Assembly: GCA_002633005.1 (NCBI GenBank) | Contig: NMRA01000290.1 | Span: 457,121-521,120, forward strand | Length of the DNA: 64,000 nucleotides | Origin: Phoronis australis | Lineage: Eukaryota > Animalia > Phoronida | Reading direction: 5' to 3' | Shown: piece by piece, positions 45,801 through 59,657 of the stretch | Position numbering within the stretch: the first letter of the stretch is position 1 | How the letters are laid out: the number at the start of each line of letters is the position of its first letter | The notes under the pieces: generated by a model | Seen by the model: only the letters and a program-made list of their open reading frames with translations | Told to the model about the DNA's origin: nothing | The model's database searches: none | Position numbers and translations under genes: made by a program

Positions 45801-48800
45801 TGGTGAGCATGTGATAACATCTAGCTTCTTTGTTAACTGCCAAGCACAGTCATTTGTCTGGTACGGTAAGAGGCAGGCCGATTATCTACCAGGCTTATTA
45901 CAGACCAGGTGTGAACACAGTCAAACCCAGAGTGAATTGGTATACGTTTGGAAAGAATAGATTGTCGTAACTTCGCTTGTACTTGGGCGATTTTGGCGAT
46001 TCAAAAACTAAACATGATCACCATTTGAAGAGGATTTCAGAAATGCTATTGGTTTATGTTCAAATATGTTATAACCGAACTTTTATTTTTAACAGCACAG
46101 CCCAGTCAGGCTAGATACGATCTTACTGGAGATTAGAGCAATTATCGAACAAAAGTGAGCTGGCACTCCAACCATAAATACCAGAATGGAGTTAAGATAT
46201 TGGCTACAGGGATCATCTTCCCAACTTGTTGTTGGGCTATAGAATCGAACAAGTTGGGAGCAACGGGAAAACGACGTAATGCACTAACTTTTGAAGGAGT
46301 GGCTCCAACAGAGCGTGAATTCCCCTTGAAAAGTTAGGATGACTTTTTCCCAAAGAAACATGATAAAATTGGATTTGGTTTATTGACACGCTTAGAATGA
46401 CTGGCCTGTGAGTTGTGACAAGCGACAAAAGACTGCGCAAAAGCTTTTAAAACACTGTTATAATAATGGACTAGATTGATATCTGGATTCTGAAACCCGT
46501 GGTCTGGCATTGAAATCAAAGGAGAGATATTTATGATTTGACGCATGTAAACTATAGAAGATGGCTCCAATGAAGAATATTCTTTCTGGTTTTTGCCTTA
46601 TTACATAGGGAAAAACTTCTTTCTTCCAGACAGAAATTTTATCCATGGATACCTTAGCACAGTAAACAAGTTACCCACCAGCTGATATATTTAGTATTAA
46701 AGAAGACACATATTGAACTGATGGATATCTCATCTTGGACGTAATTTTGATAAGTTGCAAAGAAATAAAAAGTTTACTTCATTTTAGTTACGGCAACTCT
46801 CCCCTTATTTCGTACAAAAAATTGCTGAAATTGTTAATTTTTCCCTTTTCAAGGCTGATTACTTAAATACAAATAACGGAAACTTTACCACACGCTTTAC
46901 GGCATCTACACACTACCATGCTAGTACTAGACTAAATTTTTCTTAATCTTTAATCTTGCGAAGAAATTTTACAAAATAGGATTTCACCTGTCAGCCATAT
47001 TGTGCGCTCAGAATTCCTGCATCTTCCTGAATTTTCCATAGATAGAAGTACCAGCAGATTCACCTTCTTTTTACAGTATACATTGTGAGTATTTTTGGTC
47101 TAGTATATTGATTAACAGACTATTTGGACACATGTACAAACTGGAATGATCTTTGGAAGGTGTGGCGGCTAGATCTCGGTGCTTAGAAAACTAGGACGAA
47201 CCATGTGGTGTGATATTGCTGATGAATGACGACTTACCCCAACTTCTTTTGAAGTATCTGTAACTCCACCAGTCCATGGGCAATTGGTGGGTAATACTGC
47301 AGGGAGGTCACTTTCAGTTTACATTCCTCTAATGTTGCATCTGTGCACGGCACTCCAAGGAACCTGTAATGACCAGACATCATGACGGAAGAGATAAAAC
47401 ACTAAGTGAACGCACCTTATCGGAACAAACTAATGACTTGAGTAATACGCGACATCATGGAGTTTTACAAAATGTAATAAATATTCTACTATAATGCAAT
47501 GCAAGTACATGGTGACATGAACCCGTTTCTTCTAAGAAGTAAGCCATAAACAGCTGCAGTACCGAGATGAAGGTTCAGGGGTGTGCTCCATAGAGCAAGC
47601 TTCATGCAAAATCATGTATTAAAGTGAAAGGTGAGTGTTTTGCAAGTAGGCTCGGGCCTTAGTAGCACTGACGAGGAAAATGGCCACGAGGCTGGAATGT
47701 TGAATTAAATGAAAATCCATGTTATACTTTCCATTCAATAAACAAAGTTTTCTCACCCCAAGTGTTTTGTCGTGCGTTACCAAATGCAGCCCTGTTCTGC
47801 GCACAAATCATTTTGAACATACTGCTTTAAAATGGAAAAATTTCCATCCCACAACTGAGCTGGTTTCATCTTTCCTTCTCTTAAATGATGCATCACTACA
47901 TGAAATTTAAATGTACTATCCAAATCGCCAATGAGTGACTCCCTCTAGGGTTTGATCACAAAACTAGTATATTCTGCTATACTTAGTTAACCACTATAAA
48001 ATATTGTTTTTAATGCCTGAAGAAACAACTCCTCAATTTCAACTTGCTTTTTTCAATATTCAGTGACAGATTTGTCAGTCCTTTCTAAGGACAGAAAGGG
48101 CTTATAATCTGAGGTCAATTCAACTGCACTATGCGGTGGTCTAATTCATAAGTTAATATTTCAACATAAAAATTTCTGAGAACAAGTGCACTGAAATGGG
48201 TTTTAAAACGGTCTGACCCAGAACCAACTACCATGATTATTTGTTGGCCTTATGCTAAACAAATATTCTCCCTATACATCAAATAAAACGTAAAAATTGA
48301 AAAAAAAAAATAAGATCAGTTGCGCCTCTTACTTTGCCATGGTGCTTCTAACATTCCTTGCAAACAGCTTGGAGTCGGCCTTTTCTGCTTCACATGGATA
48401 ATAGACTGGCAGGTATATGATTTCACACCCGTTGTGAAACTGACAAAGGGTTAACCACAAGAGATAAAGGCTGAAAAACAGTTTTGCACTCTATGAAAAA
48501 TAAAAGGCGTCACAAAACAAAATATCAGAAGCTCACAGAGGGAAAGTGATCAATTTGATGGTTCGAAAGACCTTTGCGGAAATTTTGCACGGCAAACATG
48601 AATTGCTAATTAAGAAAACATACCATTTAAAATGTCTTTTTGAGTATGACAAGGTAATACTGAGAACATGTTAGGGGAAAGCCAAAGATTTGTTACAAAC
48701 CATTTTTTATGGTTTAAAGTTATTATTTAAAAGTACAGATTCATTCTGAAAAAAAGATCACCTTTACGATAAAACTTTTCAAGAAAAAATAGCAGCTAAT

Positions 48801-51800
48801 TTTCAAAACTTCAAAATATTACTCTACTATGATTGCAAATCCTCAAAATTTTTCCAACTGCTGTTTGGTACAAATCACGCTGTTGTGTTCTAAGCTGAAG
48901 TTTTAGGGTACATGAAATTTTATTTTTACACCAAATTGTTGTGTATTTATCTATTCCTTATCTGACTGAAAACAAGATAAAATGTTTTTGAATTTTGACT
49001 TACGCACTGGGACCATCCCAAGTCCATGCAAGAGTTTTCTGCAAGACAAAAACAAAATAACCGTAATGGCAGGTCGTGCTGCCAGATTCAGGGTAACATT
49101 TTTAGAAAAAAATAGGCTTCGGGTCCATATTTTGCCAAACAAACACCCAATCAAACAAAGGAGCAAATATTTAGCCACTGATCCTGTGTGAACAATTTCA
49201 TAACTCCCCATAGTTAAGTTTGTGAAGGTGACAAGTTGGTGGAACCAGTAATAACAAATGGGAAAACTGGAACATGAACAAGATGATGTCACAAAGGCAA
49301 ATAATAATCTTCCCAGGAACAAATCTTTTTTGTTGTGAAATGTAAATCTTTATACGAGATACGATCTATCGGTGGTAATAACTAACACAAAGGTGGTAGG
49401 TTTGCTCCGTCCAACACTTGGAAAGGTACTATAGACCATATCTCGCAAGAACACAGCGGGAAGCTCCACCTTTCTCATCATACCAATCATCATTCCTCAA
49501 GAAGGGGACGGGATGCTTCCAAAAGCTTAAGGATTTGAAGTACCATAGTGCAACTGAACAGATTTAATTTCTTTGATTAACTCTTGTTTTGGTTACGTTT
49601 TCAAAGTAGTGTTTATCAACTTTGTTACGTGACTTTATATTCCCCATGGAAGCTTACCAAGGAGTTAGTGAAGCGGATGCAGGCTGGTTGGACAGGTAGA
49701 CCAGGTGCAAAGCCACCTGGAACAGACAGGTAACACAGGTATAACACAGAGAAAAAACAGCTTAAAAAGCTCACACTGTACCAACAATAGTTTATAACTC
49801 TATGGAACCAGCCTGACAGTAGCCATAATTATAAAAAAATAATTGAGGTGGTCTGATACACGTTGTATCAGACGTGCGCAGGCCTCGCATGTGGGCCCAT
49901 TGCACTGATCACCTGGAAATATTTTTATGCTTTATTGATATATGGTTAAAACCGAGCTGAGGAGCTAGAAACCCGGCTCAAGGGTTTAGCAGTGTGACCT
50001 GGTGGGACATAATTACTTTTGGCATGTAAAATTGACATGCCAATCAAATTATTAAGCATGGACTCGTGTAGTAACAACCTGTGAGTTCTCTCCAAGACCA
50101 GAAACTGCTTCCAAGAGAACAACTTGAGATCAGTTCTATAACAGTAAGCGAGGTTTATTACACCCTTAAAAGCTTAGACCCTGACTTTTCCTTCTATGCT
50201 TTATAGCTTGTAATGGGATAAAGAGTACATTGCACCACTTCACTGCTTTTATTGTCCCCCCAAAAACCTAAAATCAGAAAAATTGCAGGCATTAGACACA
50301 GACTATGCTGAAGACAATCTCATAGACAAGTTGGGTTGATTAATGCTTGCTATTGCTTGGCTTATGCAGGGTCTTTAGGTTACCAAGAGAAGGAAATGAA
50401 TGTATTGTATTGGTTGTTGTAATAGCGGCCACAGACACACACATCATACAACTGAAGTTATTGTCTGTACACAACGCCTTCTAGTGAGCTGTCGCTGAGG
50501 TTTGTCTATCATATATTTGACTTTTCAAATTATAATAATATAAGGATTTTTAAACTTGGTCATTTCCCAATTTCCTGAAGGCAGCTCTATGCTTATTATT
50601 CATCTTAGTTGGCTTTTTGTCGACAGTAACATCTAACAGGTTACTCTAGTCAACCTGACTCAGATACAATGCAAAAAGAAATGTGTCATTAAACTTGAAT
50701 GACAACAGCTACCAAGACAGAGTACATCATGGAGTTATTCTTGAGAGATACTGGGATTTTCCATAGATAAGCCAACCCAATAAAACGCCCATGGGCACTT
50801 ATTCGGAAAATTATGCTGAATAAACGCCCATGGCCGTTTATTTGGTGTAACAACTTGGGCGTTTATTCCGGCGGAAAATTTCTCTTAAAAGCCTACTAAG
50901 TGTCAACTTATAGTCACAAATTCAGTTTTGAGGAGCACTTATCATTTATAAAAACAAACAAAGTGCTGTCGAGCTATGCATTTATTAACACAGAATTTAA
51001 AAACACATTTTCAAGTAAAAAATGGCAAAGTCATGAAATCTATGACTTTCCGTTTACACGCCTTCTTTTCCGAATAAACACCCGGGCGTTTATTTGGTGT
51101 TATTACGTCTGAAATTTTTTATTTCCAAATACATGCCCACAGGCTTATCTACGGAAAATCTGGTACTAATGCCTGTTAGCATTTGGCTGCTGCAACACAA
51201 CAACATTGGAATAATTTAAAGGGAAATGTTACCCTTTTTAACGTGTTTTCGGTCAATATGACATGTCTTGCATACTCTGTTTTTTTAAACCTTTCTGCCC
51301 ATTTTAGTAAAAATACAATTAATAAAATATAATTATTCATATCGAAATTGTGATGCATTAAGCAAACTGAAATGCTTTCACATTTATTAGTTTTACTTCC
51401 TGTTTCAGGCATCACTGCTCAAGTGAAATAATCCATCCTTATATATCAAAGGTGTGACTGAAAATCGGCAGGCCACTGGGCCACTGAGCACAGTCATGGC
51501 AAAAAAGTGAGAGAGTACAGCTTCGTCATCCCAGCCGGCATTTCCACGAACTTGCTCACTGTGTCATACTTCTAGTTTGAAGAACTGTAAGTCTAGACTC
51601 AAAAGATTCAAAGTAAATTATACAGTATACCCAGTAAGTAAAATATGCCAAATTGACCGAAACACCTTCAAAACAAGGAAAACATTCCCCCCTTTAAACC
51701 CTTCACACCATGGTCATAAATGCTTGAATTCGGTTACCATCAATTTTGGTATGATATTTTACGTATTTCTTTTTTCAATTTGTGTACTTTTAATCAAGAA

Positions 51801-54800
51801 AAAAACCCAAAAATTAAAAAATTAAAATTTTGGTGTGATGTCACCAGTTGATCCAGTCTCCGCCGTTATGCTGTTCTATACCAGTCGCGAGCCATAGTCC
51901 AAAACAGAGTTTGACCGAGTATTACGAAAAGTTGCATGTGCAGAGGATGCAGTAACAGCAATCGGACAGACAACAATCAGTTTTTGCATTTCCAAAAGAC
52001 AGTAAGATCGCCCCAAAATGGCACAGGTTAGTGCGTCAGACACGGGTATGGCAGTACATGGTGGAGCAAGCGATTCATTCTGGAGACACGGTGTGCTCAG
52101 TGCATTTTGAAGAATCGTGCTTCGATCCGTCGCAGAAATGGAGATTTGATGGAGGTTGCTCCATCGAGTAAGGGCATTTGATGGAGAAAAAGTGTATTGC
52201 ATAGTACCACTGCTGGGAATGTAGTTGCCACGCACATACAGAGTATGAGCCTCAGTATCAAATTGTGACCAAGATGATAAATGTGATTGCAGTAAGTTTT
52301 CATCAGTCTATTCTTGTTCAAGATTTTGTGGAAATGCATGCTATCCACATATATGTCAATGCCCAATAATAGAAAATGGTATATAGATGCCACGCAAATA
52401 GTCATGACTGCAGCCGGCACAGAGGCTACTGGACCAAAATAACCAATGAATCACAACGGTACAAAGCCTTCATAATTTCGGAACCGACAAGACAGAAACA
52501 AGTATCAGTTATCAGAAATAAAATCCACTTAGCATCACTATAAGATATGATCATTCCTGACAAACACATTCAAAGTAATGAAATCAGTGTCCGCTAATCA
52601 CGACTGGGCTTTGACAGTCAGGTTAAAAATTTGAATGAGATTTACAGTTCGAGATACATATTACTCGACACTAAAATGGTCAGAAAATTAAATTGTGATT
52701 CAATAAAAGGCTTTAATTACCACTCTGAAATCAGGACAGTCTGCAGACTGAGTACGCTCAGACTTGGCTTCACTCGCCGGAGATGCCGGTGCGGGAGGGT
52801 CGAGTTTGTACGGCCTCAAACACGCAAAGTATGCCCATACGGCTAAGTCTAATTCATTATCTGTTTCACCTATGGCCAGAGTTTTGTCTTAACCCCATCT
52901 CCATACCTGTCTTCATAGTACTTGTCAAGCTCGCTCTCTAAGTCTTCGTAACTTACAAAATCACTACTATTCGCCATTGCATAATATATACTGTCAACTG
53001 TTCAACGTCTTCCACTCAATTATTTCCCGAACTAAGTGCTTGTTTAGCTAGACTTTGTGTTATTAAATCCTTATGCATGGTCCAAAACCTCAAAAAATCC
53101 ACTGAAGGAATGCTTTAAAGTGACATTATCAGTTGGAAAATCGGCCCCTGCGCCGAGCCTGCAGTCCTCGCAGTTGAAGTCAAGTGCTTAGATGACTGAC
53201 CTAAATCCCACTCAGTAAAATGGCAGTCAGAGTATTTTAACTGTATTTAACTGGTCACCGACCTTGATGACAAGAATTTGCAGTTTGTAATCTATTCACA
53301 AAAACACAAACAACAGTATTATTTTACAACTCTGGCCAGATTTTATAATTTCAAAAAGTTCCATTCAACAATAATCCTATAATAAATAAATGTTCCTTAG
53401 TTTAATTATGTTATTCTTTTCTCAAGGAGTCAAGACACAGACCTTGCTTGAAGCACATCAAACAGCTGCCATTGCTGGTGGTGCCCTCTGGGAAGATGAG
53501 GATCTGCGGCCAATCTCCAAGGGCTCGTCGCTCAATCTCTTTTATAGTGTGCTGTCTGGAGTTAGGGTCTTCCCTTCTAACATACAGGGGTTCTGTCAGT
53601 CTTGTCAGCACTGCAAGTACAGCGATGAGAAGGAATCTAAGCTTTCTACTACTTCTTCGAACTTGAAATTGTTTTTGGCACTTTCCATTCTACTGTGCTC
53701 GAGAACACTTGATGATCTCTAGACTCGAGTCAAAAACTCAAGAAAAAAATTACAATTTCAAGTAAAAGCTCATGACAAGCTTTTAGCAAAAATTAAGTAA
53801 AACAATTCCAAGTTCGATCTTGAGTAAAAAGATTAGACCTCGGGTGAATGCTTTTGGTGGGCTAGAAATCTACAACTTTAAATTAAGATAAAATTCTGAG
53901 GCACTGCAACGCACCAAACATATTGATCTTTAACTGGACCATAGTACAAGAAGTGGTAATTTGCCTCGCTTCATAACCAGCACAATTGTTCTGACAACAT
54001 CAAAATCAAAACATAATAGGGCCTCCACAACTTAACAGCCATACTGGTTGCCATGCCACAAGGTTGGTGACTGGGGGGGGGGGCAAAAGTTTGAGAGCTT
54101 AAACTACCAAACTGTCCCTAATTGTCTCTACCACTCATGAAGCTTCAGGTACCCAAAAATATAGATCTGCTCCTGATTGTGGCAACCTGGACAAACAGAG
54201 TTTAACCCTTATCATGCGCTAGGCGAGGTCAGCCGACAAGCCTATTATCCTATTAAAATGCGTCGGGTGTACTCAATCGCCTAAAATAAGCTACGGCTAG
54301 GCTGCGCAAGGAGAGTGTACTCACCCCAGGACACTGGTGTTTTTCATTCNCAAGTAAAAGCTTATGACAAGCTTTTAGCACAAATTAAGTAAAACAATTC
54401 CAAGTTCGATCTTGAGTAAAAAGATTAGACCTCGGGTGAATGCCTTTGGTGGGCTAGAAATCTACAACTTTAAATTAAGATAAAAGTCTGAGGCACTGCA
54501 ACGCACCAAAGATATTGATCTTTAACTGGACCATAGTACAAGAAGTGGTAATTTGCCTCGCTTCATAACCAGCACAATTGTTTTGACAACATCAAAATCA
54601 AAACATAATAGGGCGTCCACAACATAACAGCCATACTGGTTGCGATGCCACAAGGTTGGTGACTGGGGGGGGGCAAAAGTTTGAGAGCTTAAACTACCAA
54701 ACTGTCCCCAATTGTCTCTACCGCTCACGAAGCTTCAGGTACCCAAAAATATAGATCTGCTCCTGATTGTGGCAACCTGGACAAACAGAGTTTAATACAG

Positions 54801-57800
54801 ATCAACATGTCTGTGCTCTCCCAACAGTTTTTGTCTTCATATAGGACTGTAAGCACCACTCACTTCCCGCAATGGGCTGCAGAGACGTTTCGTATCGCGA
54901 CACCCCACATGGCATGCCGTCCAACATAAACGCGATAAGGATGTCGGCAAATGATGTGTGTGGTGCACAGCACACAATAGGTGCCTCAGCCTTTGGTGCT
55001 GCTCTACCCCTCACTTTTATCCAGTGAACACCAAAGCAGAAGAATGTACATCGGGCTAACGCTGTTGCAGGAATTTTCAAAGACCTGAAAGAAGATGCAT
55101 GATATTGCAGTTCAAAGTAACAGAAATCCGAAGCGAAGTGTGGTATTAAAGACTGAATCAGTCTTTTCCATTCTCAGCAATGATGACAAACGTAATGAGT
55201 AATTTCTAAAGGCATTTCCCTCTTGCTTAAAGTGACTATAAACTTGAGAAGTGACATTTTGATTTATACCACAAATTACTTACAAGAGCACCGCAAAGCA
55301 TTTAAATGCTCCCACAACTGCACCGCAAATTGTATGGTTACAGAATGAGGTGTTTATTAGTATCATAAAAATTGCCAATTGATGACACACAGTATGTCGA
55401 ACTGTTCTCATATTCATAGAAATATGCATGCCAAATACCACAAAGATCCTGCAAGTGGTTTGGCAGATACAACAGCACATGCAAAAACGGCACTAGGGCA
55501 TAACAGTATTCAAACCAGTCAGAAAATCAATGTCATTTGTACTCTTATCAGTAGGAACATATCTGCCAATTTTTATAATCTTTTGAGTGGTCTGGTGTGT
55601 TTGAGATGTAGAAAAAAGTAACAGACTCAACAATAAAAAAAGGCCAATTGGTAGGACTATAGATTATCGACAACAGATTAACAACTACGATATTTTCCAC
55701 TTTGAAATTCCCAGAGGAGGCCCCACGTATTTAAAATGCACACCTCAGCTTCAGCTTAGTGAGCAGACGACGTATTTGCTGGAAGTAAAACGGGCAATCA
55801 CACCAGGTGCTACTAGCATCTCCATGGCCAATAGTGAAACTAATTGTAAACTGTAGTATTGTTGCTTACAGCTTGTGCCCAAGAACGCAGACCTTGTAAA
55901 TTGAAAATATAGTTGGCAGTCCATGTTATAGTCTATGGTGGCACAAAATACAATGAATCCATCCAAAAACAGAAAGGGGTTGTATAATAGAACCCTATTT
56001 GAGAAATAATATGAAAATCTGTCAAGAAACTCTGAAAATAGAGGCAAACGTAAAAAATATACGTAATTGACACTATGGGCCACAGCAGTAACTACATATA
56101 TTGAAAAGCTGACGTTATCCATTGTCCCTATCTCCAGAAAATAATTTGACAAATTTTACATACTAAGATTCTGGGAAGTGTTCAAGAGATACAGCTATGG
56201 ACTCAAACATCAAATTGCCCTCGAAAGGTTTTGCAAAGAACTAAAAGTATGTTATTCCTCGGTAAATACATAAACAAGAGCAACACTGAGAGTTGAAATG
56301 CGCCTAAGACTGCACCGCAAACGGTGTTGCAACTAGGGGTGTTTATTTGTATCATAAACAAGAGCAACGCAGAGCACTGAAATGTGCCCACAAATGCACC
56401 GCAAACGGTATGCTTCTAGGAATACAGAGTTAAACTTAAAAAACTAAAATTGCCACTAGGGGGCACAGCAGCAGTCAGATCTGTCCGAAAGTCGTCGTTA
56501 TCCGTAGTCAACTTCACATGAATACTCTTGCTAGATTAAGTTAAGATCCTGCGAATGGTTTAGGAGATACAGCCATAGGCGCAAAAAAACAAAACTGCCA
56601 CTTGGACGTGCCACAGTAGTCAAAATCATCGGAAAATCATCGTCAATCGTCCTCTTTATAGTAAGCACATACATGCCAATTTTCACAATCATCCTTTGAG
56701 CGGTTTGGTTGATAGAGGGGTGGATGCAAAAGACACTCAAAAACAGTAAAAATGGCCAATAGGTGGCGCAACCTACGTCCAATCGATCCGAAAATGAGAG
56801 GATATCGTCATCTCACTAATAGGTGCCTACATACCACATTTCATGAAAATCCGTTAAGGACTTTTGAAGATACAGAGGTAAACGTAAAAAAATAAAATCA
56901 CCAATAGGGGGACACACCGTTAGTCCGATCTGTCCGAAAGTCGTTGTCGTTTGTTGTTAACATCATATAAATATACTTACTAAATTTCCTGCGAACGGTT
57001 TAGGAGATACAGCCATAGGCGCAAAAAAATGCCACGAGGAGGCGCCGCAGTAGTCGAAATCGTCGGAAAATCATCGTCCACCGTCCTCTTCATAGTAAAC
57101 AATACATGACAATTCTCAAAATCATCCTTTGAGCAGTTTGGTTGATAGAGGGGTGGACGCCAAAAAACAGACTCGAAAACAGTAAAAATGGCCACTAGGT
57201 GGCGCAATACATCGAATCCATCTGAAAACAAGGGAATAGTTTCCTTTCACTACTAAATGCCTAAATTCCAAATTTTATGAATCTACATCAAGGACTTCCG
57301 AAGATATAGAGGTAAGCGTAAAAAACTAAAATTGCCACTAGGGGACACACCGGTAGTCGGAGAGGTCTGAAATTTCTTCGTCATCTGTCGTCACCTTCAT
57401 AGGAACACAACTGCCAAATCTCATCAAGATCCTGTGAGGGATTTAAGAGATACAGCTGCGGATGCCGGACGCCTGGACAGACAGAGATGACGGCAATATG
57501 CGACCACATATAAATATGTGGGCGCATAAAAATCTGTCAAGGAACTTCAAAGAAACAAAGGAAAAATGAAATTGTCCTCTTCACACTGAGAGCATAATAC
57601 AGCAATTTTCAAAATCATATTAGAATGGTTTGGTTGATCGAGGAGTGGACGTCAAAAAACAAACTCAGAAACAGCAAAAATGGCCAATAGATGGCGCAAA
57701 GTACCTCGATTCTATTCGAAAATGGAAAGAGAGCATCATCTTACCAAAAGATGCCTATACTCCAAATTTTCTGAAAATCCATCGAGGACCTTTGAAGATA

Positions 57801-58388
57801 CAGAGGTAAACCTAAAAAACTAAAATTGCCACTAGGGGACACACCGGTAGTCAGATCCATCCGAAAGTTGTCGTCATCTGTTGTCAACATCATATAAATA
57901 CACTTGCTAAATTTAGTAAAGACTCTGCAAACGATTTAGGAGATACGGCCATGGGCACAAAAAAAAACCCCGGCCACTAGGAGGCACTACAGAAGTCGAA
58001 GTCATCGGAAAATCATCATCAGCCGTCCTCTTTGTCAGTAGTAAAAACATACATGCCAATTTTCACAATCATCCTTAGAGCGGTTTGGTTGACAGAGGGG
58101 TGGACGCCAAAAAACAAATTCGAAAACAGAAAAAAATGGCCACTAGGTGGCGCAAACGACATCAAATCCATCCAAAAACAAAAGGATAGTGTCATCTCGC
58201 TAATAGATGCCTATATGCAACACTATATTACGCAGAAGTACATACTTCCTCCAGCCTCTAAGTGGCTTGTCCCTGTCTTTCTCGGGAACTGTACACACAG
58301 CCAAGGCAGCGATTAAATAAGTGACCAGCATGAGAATAATAATAACAAGCAGTCTGATTGGGGCAATGGTCACTGACATTAGAGCCAC
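42802..58388 (-). CDS. LPCAT2: Lysophosphatidylcholine acyltransferase (LPCAT1/LPCAT2-type) with EF-hand region; first exon(s) not securely located
   Basis: Exons 58388-58246, 55084-54864, 53610-53443, 49716-49658, 49038-49004, 48470-48333, 47363-47238, 45419-45275, 44621-44523, 44173-44035, 42902-42802. All GT-AG and phase-consistent (1374 nt). Features: HTSFAD (HxxxxD), WPQILIFPEGT, GGFAPGLPVQP, WTWDGP, LWLTLCQFHN, EF-hand FDRNKSDSVDFLDY and C-terminal VKKNS* (KKxx). The LPCAT1 vs LPCAT2 label cannot be resolved in an invertebrate. Confidence 0.93.
44364..44460. repeat. (GA)n / purine-rich microsatellite with an ambiguous base
   Basis: gagagagagagagagagagag...gagggagggg aggn (N at 44414). 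Confidence 0.8.
50749..51165. mobile_element. Tc1/mariner(pogo)-type MITE with TA ends
   Basis: TA-ctgggattttccatagataagcc ... ggcttatctacggaaaatctgg-TA inverted ends. Internal aataaacgccc/gggcgtttatt inverted motifs. Confidence 0.7.
51220..51692. mobile_element. TTAA-flanked MITE (Kolobok-type termini)
   Basis: TTAA|agggaaatgtt ... aacattccccct|TTAA (51216-51219 and 51693-51696). Confidence 0.65.
51697..53114. mobile_element. Decayed THAP-bearing DNA transposon, probably Kolobok-like
   Basis: The + strand ~51925-52215 reads SCMCRGCSNSNR/FAFPKDSKIAPKWHRLVRQTR...TVCSVHFEESCF, a clear C2CH THAP with a frameshift. A convergent - strand remnant from ATG 52977 contains LRPYKLDPP (KolX-like PYxFEP). 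Ends are imperfect: TTAA at 51693-51696 and 53115-53118. Confidence 0.6.
53759..54795. repeat. ~445-bp direct duplication separated by a piggyBac-like end and an N
   Basis: Copy 1 53759-54205 and copy 2 54351-54795 are near-identical. Copy 1 is followed by TTAA|CCCTTATCATGCG... up to the N at 54350. Confidence 0.85.
55281..58210. mobile_element. Nested/tandem Helentron-associated (HINE/DINE-like) non-autonomous elements with ~450-bp units made of ~150-bp subunits
   Basis: Heads acaagagca...aaatg(t/c)gccca at 55282, 56275 and 56358. Units start aaaattgccactagggg at ~56447, ~56895, ~57329 and ~57822. The 3' module ggac/gacag microsatellite plus hairpin atgcgaccacata-taaa-tatgtgggcgcat-aaaaa lies at ~57467-57532 and is complementary to the head sub-TIR atgtgcccacaaat. 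Confidence 0.65.
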
Positions 58389-59277
58389 CTGAAAAACAAA
58401 CAAACCATACAGTAAATAAGAGTAATCAAAGAATGTATCTTGCAATATTATATGTATCAATCAACAGAGGTAGCATGACTATAAACAAAGGAGATGACTC
58501 TATACATACTAGGAGTGGGGAGACGATATTTACACTTCCAAGTGACGACTTTTATATTACAAAACAAACTACCAGCAGTTGAGTACTCTTAAAGATGCCC
58601 TTCACCCCAGTTTAGATGCCAATGCTGAATTCTCAACCAAAGCACTGTGAATTTTTTTAAAGAAACATTACCATGCTCACTCAATCTTTAATTATCGCCA
58701 AATGAGCTAGCAAATCGCCAATTCTCGCCATTGGCTTAAATCAGGGCCAGTGACTTCACCACTAAAATACACTTAAAATACTCACTATTTACCAAATGGG
58801 GTTTAGCTCTACCAACAAAATGTCAGACTGAAACCACTTAGGTCGTGAGTTCGTATCGGTCTTAATAAACCACTTTCTCACGGAATGTGCCACTTTAATT
58901 GGCAGTTATACTTGGAAAGACTGTGCACAATTAAGTCATCAAATGTTACATAAATAGGCTCCCCTATTCACATCTCCTCACTCTTTATGGATGGTGAAAT
59001 GCCGAGATGAAACCTTAATTGGGCTATTACATGTTCAAGTCATTAGTCAATTAACTGGGTGCAGACTCATCAAAATGAAGGCAGTGATATCACTAGCTGT
59101 TGTCTACATTTTTATTAGAGGGGGGGCTGACATTAGGGCAATAGCCAGAGACAGGGGTAGCGGATTTTAGGAACCAGTTTGATGCTTCTTATTCAGTGGA
59201 AAAAACTGGTTAATATCAAAATGTGTGCCCTGTAACTAGTGACACTAATAACCATTAACAAGTAATTTTGGCTTTAC

Positions 59278-59384
59278 CATGGTTTTGAGCGTCAGGGTAA
59301 ATGTTTGTGCAAGAAAATTGCCTAGACTATCATCGTTTGATGTTAGCTGAGGAGCCAAGCTATTGTCAGTGTATACATGAACAC
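59278..59384 (-). CDS. Candidate upstream LPCAT exon
   Basis: Acceptor catttctgtag|, donor ACC ATG|gtaaag. The frame GVHVYTDNSLAPQLTSNDDSLGNFLAQTFTLTLKTM is open and in phase 0 with exon 58388. Alternatively it is a 5'UTR exon ending in the start ATG. Confidence 0.35.
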
Positions 59385-59657
59385 CTACAGAAATGCTCAG
59401 GCATACCAAAGATCATAAATTGGAAGAAAACAGCTATGGAAGGAATGGCAATAACTTTAATTTTCAAGTTTGACAAATAAAATATTTTATACTTCACTTC
59501 TTTTCAATACTACACATTTAAGTTAGATTTACTACGATTTTGTCATTCAAGAAAGTAAATCAAGGGATTAAACAAACACCTTTCAAACTGGCACCCTATT
59601 TTTTTACTAAACACTGGTTATGAAATTCTATCAGGCTGTCTCACCCTACTACTGAAA

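Noticed and set aside
49880-50050. Possible SINE fragment
   Set aside because: No A/B boxes, TSD or second copy in the window to support it.
51876-52420. Minus-strand ORFs of 119 and 107 aa
   Set aside because: The real signal is the frameshifted THAP domain on the + strand.
56440-58210. ORFs of 83-94 aa repeated in the array as a gene family, or a CRISPR-like array
   Set aside because: They are translations of a non-coding TE-derived repeat unit; there are no unique spacers.
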